Assembly: GCA_002269645.1 (NCBI GenBank)
Contig: NIVC01000873.1
Location: 124,001-188,000 of the forward strand
DNA length: 64,000 bases
Source: Macrostomum lignano
Lineage: Eukaryota
Reading direction: 5' to 3'
The position numbers and the translations under genes are program-made. This document shows positions 44,068-55,454 of this stretch, piece after piece (the first letter of the stretch is position 1; each line of letters starts with the position of its first letter). The notes under the pieces were generated by a model. That model made no database searches. It saw nothing but the letters and a program-made list of their open reading frames with translations, and was not told where the DNA came from.

Positions 44068-46780
44068 ATGTCGCCGTCGTCGTCGTTTCGACTCGCCAAT
44101 CGGGCCGGCTGGCTCTCCGCCGCGGTGCTGCCTCTGTCGTTGCGCCGTAGCGGCGTCGCCTCCGCGCGATGCTACTGCGCCTGCGCCACCACCAGCACGC
44201 CCGACTCAGCCGGCGATAGTCGAAGCCGCGTCGACCTAAGCCGGCTGCGGATTCGCCGTGTTGGCCTTGACGACCTGCCGCAGCTGCGCCTGCTTCAGCC
44301 GCAGGCTCACGGCGGTCTGGACGATGTCGATCACCTTCTCCGATTGATGCCGTCAGCTGATGCGGACGTCCAGGGATTCCCCCGTCGGGCCTACCTGGCC
44401 GAGACGCTGGACAGCGCTGGCGTCGGCGAAGCTGCCGCCTTTTTAAACGTTGTCCTTGTCGACAACTGCGAATCGGCCGTGCTGACCCACGGCCGGGCCC
44501 GCTCCGACCTGGTCGGCAGCGGCGTGTTGGCCCGCCTGGCCGCCGCCGCCCTGGCCGACGTCAGCGTTGGCGAGGGCCGCCTGCCGATCAGGCGCACCCT
44601 CGGCTCGCTCTGCATGCCGCGCTACTCGCGCGACGCCCTGGCCAGCCGGTCCGGCGCCTTCACCGTGCTGAGCTCGCTTGGCCAGTTGGGCTTTCACTTC
44701 AATTCGCTCTACTATCGCACCGAATTGGCGCCGAGGCTGTTGGCGCCACAATCGGCGCCGAGTGAACCGATTGACGCGGCGGAGCCCGGCGATTTGTGGC
44801 GCCGTCTGGCTGACAGGCCGGCTACTCGGCAGCGACTGTTTCCTAGCGGCCATCTGCAGGTTTGCCGCCTGCCCATGCGACTCGATGAGGACAATTTAAT
44901 GCGGGTAAATTGATTCGCGTCCTTTTGTTTAAGCACTCTTATTGTAGTATTGAGTATTGATATATATAGCCCGGGGTATTGGGAATAAAAATAGGGTTTC
45001 GTAATTTACAGACGAGGTATTGGGATCTCAGGATGGGGTATTGGGATTTCTAGATGGGATATTGGGATTTTTAGATGGGATATTGGGATTTCTAGATAGG
45101 ATACTGGGATTTCTAGATAGGATACTGCGATTTCTAGATGGGATATTGGGATTTCAAGATGGGATATTGGGATTTCAAGATAGGATATTGGGATTTCTAG
45201 ATGGGATGTTGGGATTTCTAGATAGGATATTGGGATTTCAAGATGGGGTATTGGGATTTCAAGATAGGATATTGGAATTTCAAGATGGGATATTGGGATT
45301 TCAAGATGGGATATTGGGATTTCAAGATGGGATGTTGGGATGTCAAGATTGGGTATTGAGATTTAGGAGATATAGGCAAAACTGGTTCACAATGCACGGA
45401 CACAGGCCGGCAGCGACCCCGTCCTTGGCCCCGGCGCTCGGCCCTTCGTCAGCGGGCTGAATGGCACGGACAGCGGCGGCGATGAGGAAGCCGGGATCAG
45501 CTTCCGCTGCCAGCACCGCGCCAGCCTGGGCCGCCACCTGCTGGTGACCGCCTACACCACCTCGGAGGCTGAGGCGGTTGCCCACCTGGTCGCTCAGATG
45601 CGCCGAGTTGCTCAACAGCCCGGCAGCCTTCTGTCGTGCGAGCCCGGAGCTCGGGACGCCGACGACGACTCCGACGCTGACGATGACGACGTGTTTGTCA
45701 GCCTGTTCTTTCCACTGGAGCTGGGCATCCCCTCCCTGCTCAACCTGATTCAGGTAAGGCTCTTAGGTGTGCCGCCTACCTGGGGGCCTATTTACTAATC
45801 CCTTGCTAATCCGCTTCCCTAATTCCATTGCAACCCACTTGACTAATTCCATTATAATCCACTTTGACTTCCCTAGTCCCAGGAGGGTTGTAGCCTAGTG
45901 GTTAGAGCGTAGAGCTTACGACTGGAAGGTCGGGGGTTCGATTCCCGATCCCACTGGAACAATTTGTGTCCTTACATGTAAGCAAGACACTTAACTCTGC
46001 ATTGCTTCAGTTCACCCAGCTGTAAAATGGGTGCCAGCATTAGCTGGGGTAATTGAGGGTGTGTGTGGCGACCCCCAAGTCCTTGGACTGAACGGGTCTA
46101 TGAAATTGCTTGCGAGAAGTTTGCTTGCCGAACTTTACTTGCCGAAGTTTGCTTGCAGGAAATTTGCTTGCCGAGGTTTGCCAGCCAAAGTTTTCTTGCG
46201 GAACCTTAAAGAACCTATTTTTGAGCTCTTGTATTTCTAATTTTCATCCATTATACTAAAATCATTTTCTAAGATTCATGGAAGTCGCCTATTTTGTATG
46301 AGGATATGGCGGATATGGCGTAACGCAGAAATGGAATAATTTAGTTTTTTACTTACAAGCAATCAACTTCCATCTTCACACCAACTTCACAAGCAATTAA
46401 AACAAGCAAGCAAGAAATTTCTAGGAAGCAGACATCAAAATTCCGCAAGCAAACTTCGGCTAGCAAACTTCCCACAACCAAACTTCCCGCAAGCAAACCT
46501 CATACTCCCGGTAATCCACCACTAATCCGATGGTAACCCACTCCGCTGAAATCTTAATGCTATTTACTATGCCTACCTTGATTCCGAAACCCAAAAAAAC
46601 TCTGCCGCAATGCAGGCGCACCCGGTGCTGCATAATCTGCCTCTGTCGTCGAACCCGAAGCTCAACTGCAAGCTGCACGCTGTTGAGCACGCCTACGTTG
46701 GGCCGCTGTCAGATCTCACCCTAGCCAGCCCGGAGGACGCTATCCCGGACGATGTAACCAATATTGATAAGACGCAGTAG
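44068..46780 (+). CDS. GNAT acetyltransferase, NAT16/histidine N-acetyltransferase-like, 3 exons, about 459 aa
   Basis: Exons 44068-44904, 45376-45753, 46616-46780, all phase 0. Motifs IRRVGLDDL, HGGLDD, VVLVDNCESAVLTHGR...GSGV, LFPSGHLQV...DNLM resemble recalled NAT16 (YGGLDY, VIDAGETVLVEGLR...GKGV, LPGGTIIQ...SNL). Confidence 0.65.
45015..45365. repeat. 21-bp minisatellite filling intron 1 of the GNAT gene
   Basis: Unit GGATATTGGGATTTCAAGATG, ending about 10 nt before the acceptor. Confidence 0.95.
45880..46092 (+). mobile_element. tRNA-derived CORE-like SINE, copy 3, 3'-truncated
   Basis: Same head and core as 33012; stops at GGACTGAA where the 46093 element begins. Confidence 0.85.
46093..46510. 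mobile_element. TIR/foldback element with subterminal AAGTTTGCTTGC repeats
   Basis: Left CGGGTCTATGAAATTGCTTGCG versus right-end reverse complement CGGGAGTATGAGGTTTGCTTGCG; no clear TSD. Confidence 0.7.
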
Positions 46781-47304
46781 GTTATTAAGGCCTGGCAAAG
46801 GTTGATAATTTACAAAAGGACAAGTAGTTTAACTATCGGATTAATGCGTAAATTTATTATTAATAATTTTCTGATATCACTATGGTATGCGTCTTAAAAG
46901 TTCGATTTGTAATGCAAGCTTGTAATTACTGAACTAACTGTCTGTGCTACGTTCAGCGGTGCGTCTCGTCTCGCGTGTGTTGTGCGCTTAATACTACATT
47001 ATGATTTTATTTTGTAAATATTTTTCACTTCTTTCGCTTTAATCAGTTTTAAAAAGATTTTGCTTGTCATTAATTATTTAGAGTATATATTCACTTTGTA
47101 GCACGGATGCTAGAATAACGGGATTTCGTCACTCGCAATTAAAGTTGTGAAAAAAAGCAGTGCTTCTACTATTTTCTGTCTTTGCAGTGTCACTTAGACT
47201 TAATGTGGCCGCTAAGAAATCCTTTCCTTTCTCGGGGCCTCAAGAGCATAAGAGGTCCAGAATGAACTACAAGCAATTAATTCCATGTACACAAGTGAGT
47301 GCAA

Positions 47305-47620
47305 GACGGATGAAACTCAGCCTAGAAATCTAGCTCAGCCAATGAGAGAGCTGTAAGGAGAGAGGTCAGAGTCAGACAGACGAAACTCAGCCTAGGGGGG
47401 AGGCCCAATCTGGCTCAGCGAATGAGAGAGCTGTAAGGAGAGAGGTCAGAGTCAGACGGACGAAAATCAGCCTAGGGGGCAGGCCCAATCTGGCTCAGCC
47501 AATGAGAGAGCTGTAAGGAGAGAGGTCAGAGTCAGACAGACGAAACTCAGCCTAGGGGGGAGGCCCAATCTACCTCAGCCAATAAGAGAGCTCTAAGGAG
47601 AGAGGTCAAAGTCAGACGCA
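47305..47620. repeat. 80-bp tandem repeat (4 copies) with CCAAT motifs
   Basis: CGAAACTCAG/CGAAAATCAG recurs at 47381, 47461 and 47541. Confidence 0.92.
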
Positions 47621-48631
47621 AGCGGGCAAGAGGAAAGCCATACTGTTTGTCGGTCTCTTTGGACGCTGAGCCACCCTTTTCTCTCTTGCTCGCTATGCAC
47701 ACGCAGTGAATTTGGATTTAAATCTAATTAAAATTTGACTATTATTAAAGCAAAATCTCTAATTTTGCTACTCAAAATGTAGTAAATAAGTGCATATTTG
47801 CGTGTGACATTTCTAGTTTTAGTATCTGTATTCTAAACAGACGTTTTGGTGCGAAGGTTTACCCGCCTCTCTTATACATTGACTCAAACGTTTCTTGTTA
47901 TATCATGAAAAATAATGTAAGTTTCTAAGGGTGCTTCTGGTTATAATGTATTTTAATAGTAGGGGTCTTTCTTGTAAATAAATCTACTATGCCATTATAG
48001 TTGAACTCTAATCAGCACTAACTGCCGAATGCGTCTAAATTGATTTTTAACATTGTCTTTGTGTTCTTCCATTGTCACTTTTTATTCTACATATTCGCTA
48101 GCCTTAGTAGCCTTAGTAGAATACGTAAGTTTGATAATTGAAATGTTAAAAGTTTCTCCCGGTTAATAAATTTTATTAGGCTTCATAAGATTAATTCATA
48201 TAAACACAGGTAAACATGCGTTATATTATCTGTGGTTAAATATAAGCTCATTTATAACGGAATGTTCTGCAGTCGCATCGCCTCATTTTTTCATCCTATA
48301 ATATGTCTTTTTGTCCTGTCTTTTACTATTTCAATGTTGAAATTAGTATTTGTAAATAGGATGGATTAAGAGCAGTAGGCATGAACTTTATTATTGGTGG
48401 AACAATTTAGCTTTGGTTTATTTAAACAATTCCAATTTTACTTATTAGAGTAAAGATAGCAGAGACACTTTTTGGTATAAAAATGTGCCATTATAGTAAG
48501 GATGTCAATTTATATCGCTCAATAGATATTGTTTACTTTGACTTGTGTATACGGATAGAGGGATTATTCGTTTTCGAAGGGGTCAGAATACAAGCGTTGC
48601 GACATCCTCGTTAGAGTTATCTGGTCGAAGA

Positions 48632-49462
48632 TTACTCGGTGATAGCTGGCAGATCGCTGCGTCTCTTAAAGTACTCGTTGGCGTCCTGTTCCTGTTTGCC
48701 CAGCATGAAAGTATAGGTGCTGTGGTGGCGGTCCCTCCTGCCGCGGTTGATTCTCTTGCCCTGGTTGAAGACCGGAGTTGGGAACTCGCTGCACACGCTG
48801 GTGCATCGGTGATTCATAAAGAATTCAGCCATACCCGTTGCACCGAGGTCGGTAGGACCGAACTTTCCCTGCTGTCTGGACAGCACGGCCGGGTCAGTGA
48901 GTATGTAGCCAGTCGGTGTCCTGACGCCCTGGATGTCGCACACGAGGAACTGACTTTCAGAAAACCAGTAGGTAAAGTGCGAGAATGTCGGGATTGCCGC
49001 CACTTCTTCGCTTTGCCAGCCGCCGTTGGTGTTAAACTTCTCATAAATGCCTTGAATAAAGTCTTCAACCAGGATTCTGTCGCCAACCTTGGCATGCTCA
49101 TATTTGTCTCCTGTGGGAATTTGCTTCACCGTGGCTAGCTTTGGGACGATGAATTGCAGCGGCTAGCTGCTAGCATATCCAGAATTGAATGCCATTGCAA
49201 ATTCGTTGGCCTTCTGGCTTGCTTTTACATCCGGCATGTAGTTCTTGTAGTGCCGCGCCGCTTCTTTAATGAACACCTTGGTGACGCACGGTTTACCATC
49301 CAGCGGACCGTTGCCTTTGTAGACACCTTTGAAGGCATATCTGCATTGTCCCTTATCGAATGGTGCGAGTTCAAATTCGACAGTGTACTGAACTCCGTCA
49401 ATCTTTCTATCTAGCTTGGCCGTTGGCACCACCGTTTTATTCTTGCTGCCGCTGTTTCCCAT
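48632..49462 (-). pseudogene. Intronless alpha-kinase (eEF2K/MHCK/ALPK family) with N-myristoylation motif, interrupted by one in-frame TAG
   Basis: ORFs 49163-49468 and 48632-49129 share a frame; junction reads GYASS*PLQFIVPKLATVKQ. Motifs PFDKGQCRYAFKG, VTKVF, VEDFIQGIYEKFNTNGG, FSHFTY, LVCDIQGV, LTDPAV, GPTDLG..GM..FF.NHRC..VC; N-terminus MGNSGSK. Confidence 0.88.
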
Positions 49463-50124
49463 TGTCAATTGTTGTTGCGATGCTTCAATCTACTTTTTTA
49501 GTAGGTAAAAATATCAATTACTCGCATACAAAGATTGACTTATATATATATATATAAATAAGAAACGGAACTTCGCATCTCGTCGCTTCATACAACCCCA
49601 TGCCAGGGTTGTACAATTAGGAATAAGAAGCTATTGCTTTGAATAACTGATACGCGCAATTACTGTATGCTAATAGCGTACAATAGTAAGTACGGACGTG
49701 TAGCGCACACGCTAGTCCTTGCCTTGTGTCATTTTCGTCTTGCTATTTTTATATCTGACGCTTCTTTAGCCGCCAGATTTCTTTGAAATTTTTAATATTC
49801 TCTATACGAGCGTACTATTCTGGCCACGGGCCGCTCTATCCATAAATAGTATGGAAAATGTCAGTGGAATTTTAAATCTCTAGTTAATTACTCAATTACT
49901 AGTAATTAATTAGTTAATTACTAATTACTCAATAGACTAGTATACCGCGAAAAAATTCCCGTAGGAAGTTCCTTGGATTGAAATATTATGTGAAGGCAAC
50001 AAGATGCGCTGTCAGGGGCACAGAAGGGTAGCGCGGCGCCGGCGTCAGAGAGCAGGCTTTCGATGAGTTCTGCGAGTCTTTGCCAGTATGGTGCCAGCAG
50101 CGCCACACAGATCGCAGATACCGA

Positions 50125-50450
50125 TGGCGTAGCAGATCTCAGGTACCGATTGCGTAACAGAATTTGGGTACCGATTGTGTAAAAGATCTCAGGTACCGAT
50201 TGCGTAACAGATCTCAGGTACCGATTGCGTAACAGATCTCAGGTACCGATTGCGTAACAGATCTCAGGTACCGATTGCGTAACAGATCTCAGGTACCGAT
50301 TGCGTAACAGAATTTGGGTACCGATTGTGTAAAAGATCTCAGGTACCGATTGCGTAACAGATCTCAGGTACCGATTGCGTAACAGATCTCAGGTACCGAT
50401 TGCGTAACAGATCTCAGGTACCGATTGCGTAACAGATCTCAGGTACCAAC
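50125..50450. repeat. 25-bp minisatellite upstream of the Bcl-2-family gene
   Basis: Unit CAGATCTCAGGTACCGATTGCGTAA. Confidence 0.95.
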
Positions 50451-50640
50451 AACTCTACAGGTCGCATATCTAGAATAGCTAAATGTATATTGTATAACGG
50501 TAGTAGTTTGGGTGCTTGACTGCTTAGGTTAAAAGCAGCAATATAGCTAATAAAAGTGCGAGACTACTTACTATTCATAGTACCAAGTTCTAATGCCACT
50601 AAAAAACGTTTCCACAGCTCCAGAGCAGCCCCACTAGACA

Positions 50641-51336
50641 ATGGCCGAGAAACCTGCCGGTGACATGGCGCGGCAGTCGCGCCAAGTCGAAGAGACCAAT
50701 GTTGTTGTGCCGCAATTTGAAGAGCTGGACACAGAAGGTCAGCAGGTGTTTGAAATATCCAACGCACTACTCAACCTCAACCTGGAGCAGCTGCATGCTA
50801 ATTTGGACACCAGAAGAGCCGTGCAAGCCGCCACTGGCGAGCTGGTGCACCCGCCTGAGCAGCTTTTGACCGCGCAACCCCAGGCTGCTCTAAACAACTC
50901 CGGCTCGTTCGGTCGCAACCTGCTGCAAATCGCTAATGAGTTTGCTCGATCACGGCAAGCCGACAGCACAAGGCAGCTGGCGGCTAGCATTCGGTTGGAC
51001 AGCCTTAATTACGAGAGCTTCCATCAACAGTTAAAAGATCTGTTTGAGCACGGGCTCAGCCTTGAAGCTTTTGTAGCACTGTTCTACTTTATGGCCTGTT
51101 TGCTAGCGAAATGCTTTGTTGAGCAAGGCTCCGAGGCTTTCATTCAGTTAGGCTGCAAATTGCTGCGTTGGTTTCTGGCCTACCTGCTCCTAGAGCTGGT
51201 CCAGTTTGCCACCAATTACATTCGGTCTCTGAGCAGCACAGAGAGGAGCAGCTTTCTGTACGGATTCGTCACTGGCTCCGCGGCCACCGCTGCTGTCATG
51301 CTGTTTGGCATCCATGCCTACAGGAACTGGCTGTAG
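50641..51336 (+). CDS. Divergent Bcl-2-family (BAX-like) protein, intronless, 231 aa, C-terminal TM anchor
   Basis: BH3-like GRNLLQIANEF, BH1-like FHQQLKDLFEHGLSLEAFVALFYF, hydrophobic tail FLYGFVTGSAATAAVMLFGIHAY; in-frame stop upstream of ATG; acceptor tttccacag 23 nt upstream. Confidence 0.75.
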   Translation: MAEKPAGDMARQSRQVEETNVVVPQFEELDTEGQQVFEISNALLNLNLEQLHANLDTRRAVQAATGELVHPPEQLLTAQPQAALNNSGSFGRNLLQIANEFARSRQADSTRQLAASIRLDSLNYESFHQQLKDLFEHGLSLEAFVALFYFMACLLAKCFVEQGSEAFIQLGCKLLRWFLAYLLLELVQFATNYIRSLSSTERSSFLYGFVTGSAATAAVMLFGIHAYRNWL

Positions 51337-51676
51337 GGGGGCTGACTGTGCGCTGTGAGGGATCTGCACTGATCAACTGATTATTCCAATATTAGATAAT
51401 CTTCCGTACTACTGTGCACTCGTATGAATTTTGTGTGCTAATTTTTTATGTTGAACATTTACAGGCCAGAATCTCCCCTCAGTTTTTTCCGCTGCTCTCA
51501 TTCCATCCGATGATATTGAATGCTTTCTGTTTAGCTGCCTAACGTTGCTGCCTTTACCTGATGTTTCCATACTTGTACACTGTTTATGGCTGATTTTGTG
51601 GCTAATACATATGTATTTTTTAAATCTTATTATCGTGTGCCGTTTCTTAAACAGCCTTCAATCTAGTTATTTTAAC

Positions 51677-51835
<159 letters not shown>

Positions 51836-51959
51836 TCTATCAATTAATGTTATCGCAAGCCGCAGTCTGGCCACAATCCAATCAGTGACGATTCATTCTC
51901 ATTTAAATTTCTGCCCCCAGTCTCGAGCAGCTGCCACTGCAAAGTCATCTCAATCAGCA

Positions 51960-52400
51960 ATGCTCCGCCTACCCCATAATGCGCTGCTAGCTGCTCTCAT
52001 TGCGGCCATCGTCAGCGCCGGCTCCTCGGTCTGGGCCCACAGCGTGCAGGACCCCATGGGTGTGCACAGCCCCGAGCACCTGGCCCAGCACATGCGCGAT
52101 GTCCGGCTGAGCGATTCGGCCGGGCCGGGCTCGCAGCAGGAGCAACAGGAGTATTATTATTTTAAGCTGCACGATTTCGATAACAACGGACGGCTGGACG
52201 GCGCCGAGCTGGTCAAGTCGCTGCTTGACCACGGCAGTCGGGGACACTCGGACAGCGACAATTCCGCCTCTGTGGTGAGCGATCACAATCTGGAGAGCAC
52301 TGTTGATCAAATCCTGCGGGATGAGGATACTAATGGCGACGGATACGTTGACTATACGGAGTTTGTGGCCGCTCAGCGTCGGAACTCGAAGGATCATTGA
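51960..52400 (+). CDS. MCFD2: Multiple coagulation factor deficiency protein 2 homolog (secretory EF-hand cargo receptor), intronless, 146 aa
   Basis: Signal peptide, EHLAQH, YYYFKLHDFDNNGRLDGAELVKSL (EF-hand 1), VDQILRDEDTNGDGYVDYTEF (EF-hand 2); acceptor ctgcccccag at 51920. Confidence 0.95.
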   Translation: MLRLPHNALLAALIAAIVSAGSSVWAHSVQDPMGVHSPEHLAQHMRDVRLSDSAGPGSQQEQQEYYYFKLHDFDNNGRLDGAELVKSLLDHGSRGHSDSDNSASVVSDHNLESTVDQILRDEDTNGDGYVDYTEFVAAQRRNSKDH

Positions 52401-52434
52401 GTTGGCCGGCGAAGTCGTGACCTTTAGGATGAAA

Positions 52435-53065
52435 GTCCGGAAGTAGGCTGGTATGAATTCAGGGACTGATATCTCAACCGGAAGTGTGTTAGGTGTGTAT
52501 CTAGGGACTGGGATCTCAACCGGAAGTGTGATAGGTGTGTATCTAGGGACTGGGATCTCAACCGGAAGTGTGATAGGTGTGTATCTAGGGACTGGGATCT
52601 CAACCGGAAGTGTGATAGGTGTGTATCTAGGGACTGGGATCTCAACCGGAAGTGTGATAGGTGTGTATCTAGGGACTGGGACCTCAACCGGAGGTGCGTT
52701 ATGTGTGTATCTAGGGACTAAGATCTCAACCGGAAGTGTGTTAGGTGTGTATCTAGGGACTGGGATCTCAACCGGAAGTGTGTTAGGTAGGTGTATCTAG
52801 GGCCTGGGATCTCGACCGGAAGTGTGTTAGGTGTGTATCTAGGGCCTGGGACCTCAACCGGAAGTGCGTTATGTGTGTATCTAGGGACTGGGATCTCAAC
52901 CGGAAGTGTGTTAGGTGCGCATTTAGGAACTGGGATCTCAACCGGAAGTGTGTTAGGGGCGTATCTAGATATTTAGGGACTGGAACCTCAATCGTAATTG
53001 TCTTAGTTGTACGTGTATCTAGAGACTGGGATCTCAACCGGAAGTGTGTTAGGTGCGTATTTAGA
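52435..53065. repeat. 42-bp minisatellite 3' of MCFD2
   Basis: Unit CTAGGGACTGGGATCTCAACCGGAAGTGTGATAGGTGTGTAT, about 14 copies. Confidence 0.95.
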
Positions 53066-53678
53066 AACTTTTGATTGATAATTTGATAATTATAGTTGTG
53101 TCCATGTGCCAATAACTGCGACATTCAATTCTTCCTTATTTCCTGTACTTACTAGTGTTTGAAGTTGACCACCGATTTTTAATGAATTTTCTGTCTAAAT
53201 TTTGCCGTTACCTTTTTTGACGATGGGTGATGGAGAACTGTGTATGCTACTATGCTACTGCTAGTAGTTTTAACTTAGGTGCCTTTAAATTTGCTCAATA
53301 TTTCTCATTTTGATTTGGATCGGGAATCTCTTCTTTTTGTTGTTTTATTGTTTTAATTTGTTCTCTTTTATCTAGTCGAATTCGGAGTTTTGTCTTCAAA
53401 TTAGAGTTTCAATATACCGATTAACTTTTGTTGAAGTCTTCAAAATTTAAACTTCGATGTGTTGTTTTTTCGACTAGTCTTTCTGCATACTTAACTTGAT
53501 TCGAAATTCGAAATTATGATTCGGTATTGGCAAATGTTGGATGCCCTGGACTGGGTGCCACTCCAGATGTTGCACTAGCAAACACAACAACTCAGCATTT
53601 CTGGGCTCTGGCTGGACCCCTCACTGGGCTGGTCATGGGCACCAGGAGCCGGAGTGTGCGAGTACAAATACGAGTATG

Positions 53679-54000
53679 CAAGGACTACTTACAAGGACGC
53701 AACATGGTATGTAAGGACGCAACACTCGAAATCTAAGGTAAATGTTTTGTAGGCCACTTTTCGCCGAAAAACACACTACGGAGATAGGAAGTTGTCAATT
53801 TTTCAGCACAAAAGTTGTTATTGCTTTCGATAGGAGGCAGATCCAATGTTCATCTTTTGATATTTTGTGCCTTTCTTATAGCTCTATCGATATTCATAAA
53901 GCTTTTCGTTCGGAAAATTAGGGTTCTATGTTAATTTTTTATTCTACGTACATTTCCTCGCTCGTAAAAATCATAAAAATGCATGGCACAGCTCCAATCT
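53679..54000 (+). mobile_element. Left end of an hAT-like element related to 34833-35872
   Basis: Begins CAAGGACT; TTTTGTAGGCCAC...AAAAACACACTACGGAGATAGGAA...CACAAAA parallels TTTTGGAGGCCAC...AAAAATACACTGCGAAGATAGGAA...CACAAAA; no right end found. Confidence 0.55.
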
Positions 54001-54004
54001 TTGG

Positions 54005-55410
54005 TTCTACTTTGTATTCTAAGAATCTCTTCTACTTTCTATTCTAAGAATCTCTTCTACTTTCTATTCTAAGAATCTCTTCTACTTTCTATTCTAAGAA
54101 TCTCTTCTAATTTGTATTCTAAGAATGACTTCTACTTTGTATTCTAAGAATCTCTTCTACTTTTTATTCGAAGAATGTCTTCTACTCTGCATTCTAAAAA
54201 TGTATTCTACTTTGTATTCGAAGAATTTCTTCTACTTTGTATTCTAAGAATCTTTTCTACTTTCTATTCGAAGAATGTCTTCTACTCTGCATTCTAAAAA
54301 TGTATTCTACTTTGTATTCGAAGAATTTCTTCTACTTTGTATTCTAAGAATCTTTTCTACTTTCTATTCGAAGAATGTCTTCTACTCTGCATTCTAAAAA
54401 TGTATTCTACTTTGTATTCGAAGAATTTCTTCTACTTTGTATTCTAAGAATCTTTTCTACTTTGTATTCTAAGAATGTCTTCTACTTTCTATTCTAAGAA
54501 TCTCTTCTACTTTCTATTCGAAGAATGTCTTCTACTTTGCATTCTAAAATGTATTCTACTTTCTATTCGAAGATTGTCTTCTACTTTGTATTCTAAGAAT
54601 GACTTCTACTTTGTATTCGAAGAATTTCTTCTACTTTGTATTCTAAGAATCTTTTCTACTTTCTATTCGAAGAATGTCTTCTACTTTGTATTCTAAGAAT
54701 CTTTTCTACTTTCTATTCGAAGAATGTCTTCTACTTTGTATTCTAAGAATCTTTTCTACTTTCTATTCGAAGAATTTCTTCTACTTTGTATTCTAAGAAT
54801 CTTTTCTACTTTCTATTCGAAGAATGTCTTCTACTTTGTATTCTAAGAATCTTTTCTACTTTCTATTCGAAGAATGTCTTCTACTTTGTATTCTAAGATT
54901 CTTTTCAACTTTCTATTCTAAGAATTTCTTCTACTTTGTATTCTAAGAATGTCTTCTACTTTGTATTCTAAAAATGTCTTCTACTTTGTATTCTAAGAAT
55001 GTCCTCAACTTTGTATTCTAAGAATGACTTTTACTTTGTATTCTAAGAATCTCTTCTACTTTGTATTCTACGAGGGGTGTCCCAAAAGTTCCCGGAATGT
55101 CTAACGTAGCTCTTCAACAGAGCCATGAAATTTCACGCCCATGGTGTCAAATGAAAGGAAATTTTGTCACAAAGAATACAAAGTTAAAATCATGTTGATA
55201 TCTTTTTTTATTCAAGAGCTACAGCAAGAAACGTGCGCAAAGGTCAGGGGTAGTGTTACACAACCTCAACAATCTATGGCAATAATTTTTTCATCTCCAT
55301 TTTTGGAGTTTTTCATTTTCATGGGCGTGAAATTTCATGGCTCTGTTGAAGAGCTACGTTAGACATTCCGGGAACTTTTGGGACACCCCTCGTAAGAATG
55401 TTTTCTACTT
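54005..55410. repeat. 25-bp AT-rich minisatellite interrupted by a mariner MITE
   Basis: Unit TTCTACTTTGTATTCTAAGAATCTC and variants. Confidence 0.95.
55071..55392. mobile_element. Tc1/mariner MITE, 322 bp, perfect 73-bp TIRs, TA TSD
   Basis: TA|CGAGGGGTGTCCCAAAAGTTCCCGGAAT ... ATTCCGGGAACTTTTGGGACACCCCTCG|TA. Confidence 0.96.
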
Positions 55411-55454
55411 TTTATTAGCTTTTATTAAAAAACTAATTAAAAAGACCTGAATTA

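Noticed and set aside
47305-47620. Hammerhead ribozyme or retrozyme (GAC-GAAAC motif in tandem units)
   Set aside because: The CUGANGA catalytic core is absent on both strands.
48545-49138. 197-aa plus-strand ORF
   Set aside because: Antisense shadow of the alpha-kinase coding sequence.
49690-49720. Helitron 3' end (CGTGT-AGCGC-ACACG then CTAGT) near the alpha-kinase
   Set aside because: Stem is only 5 bp with no spacer before CTAG, and no matching 5' TC end or Rep/helicase was found.
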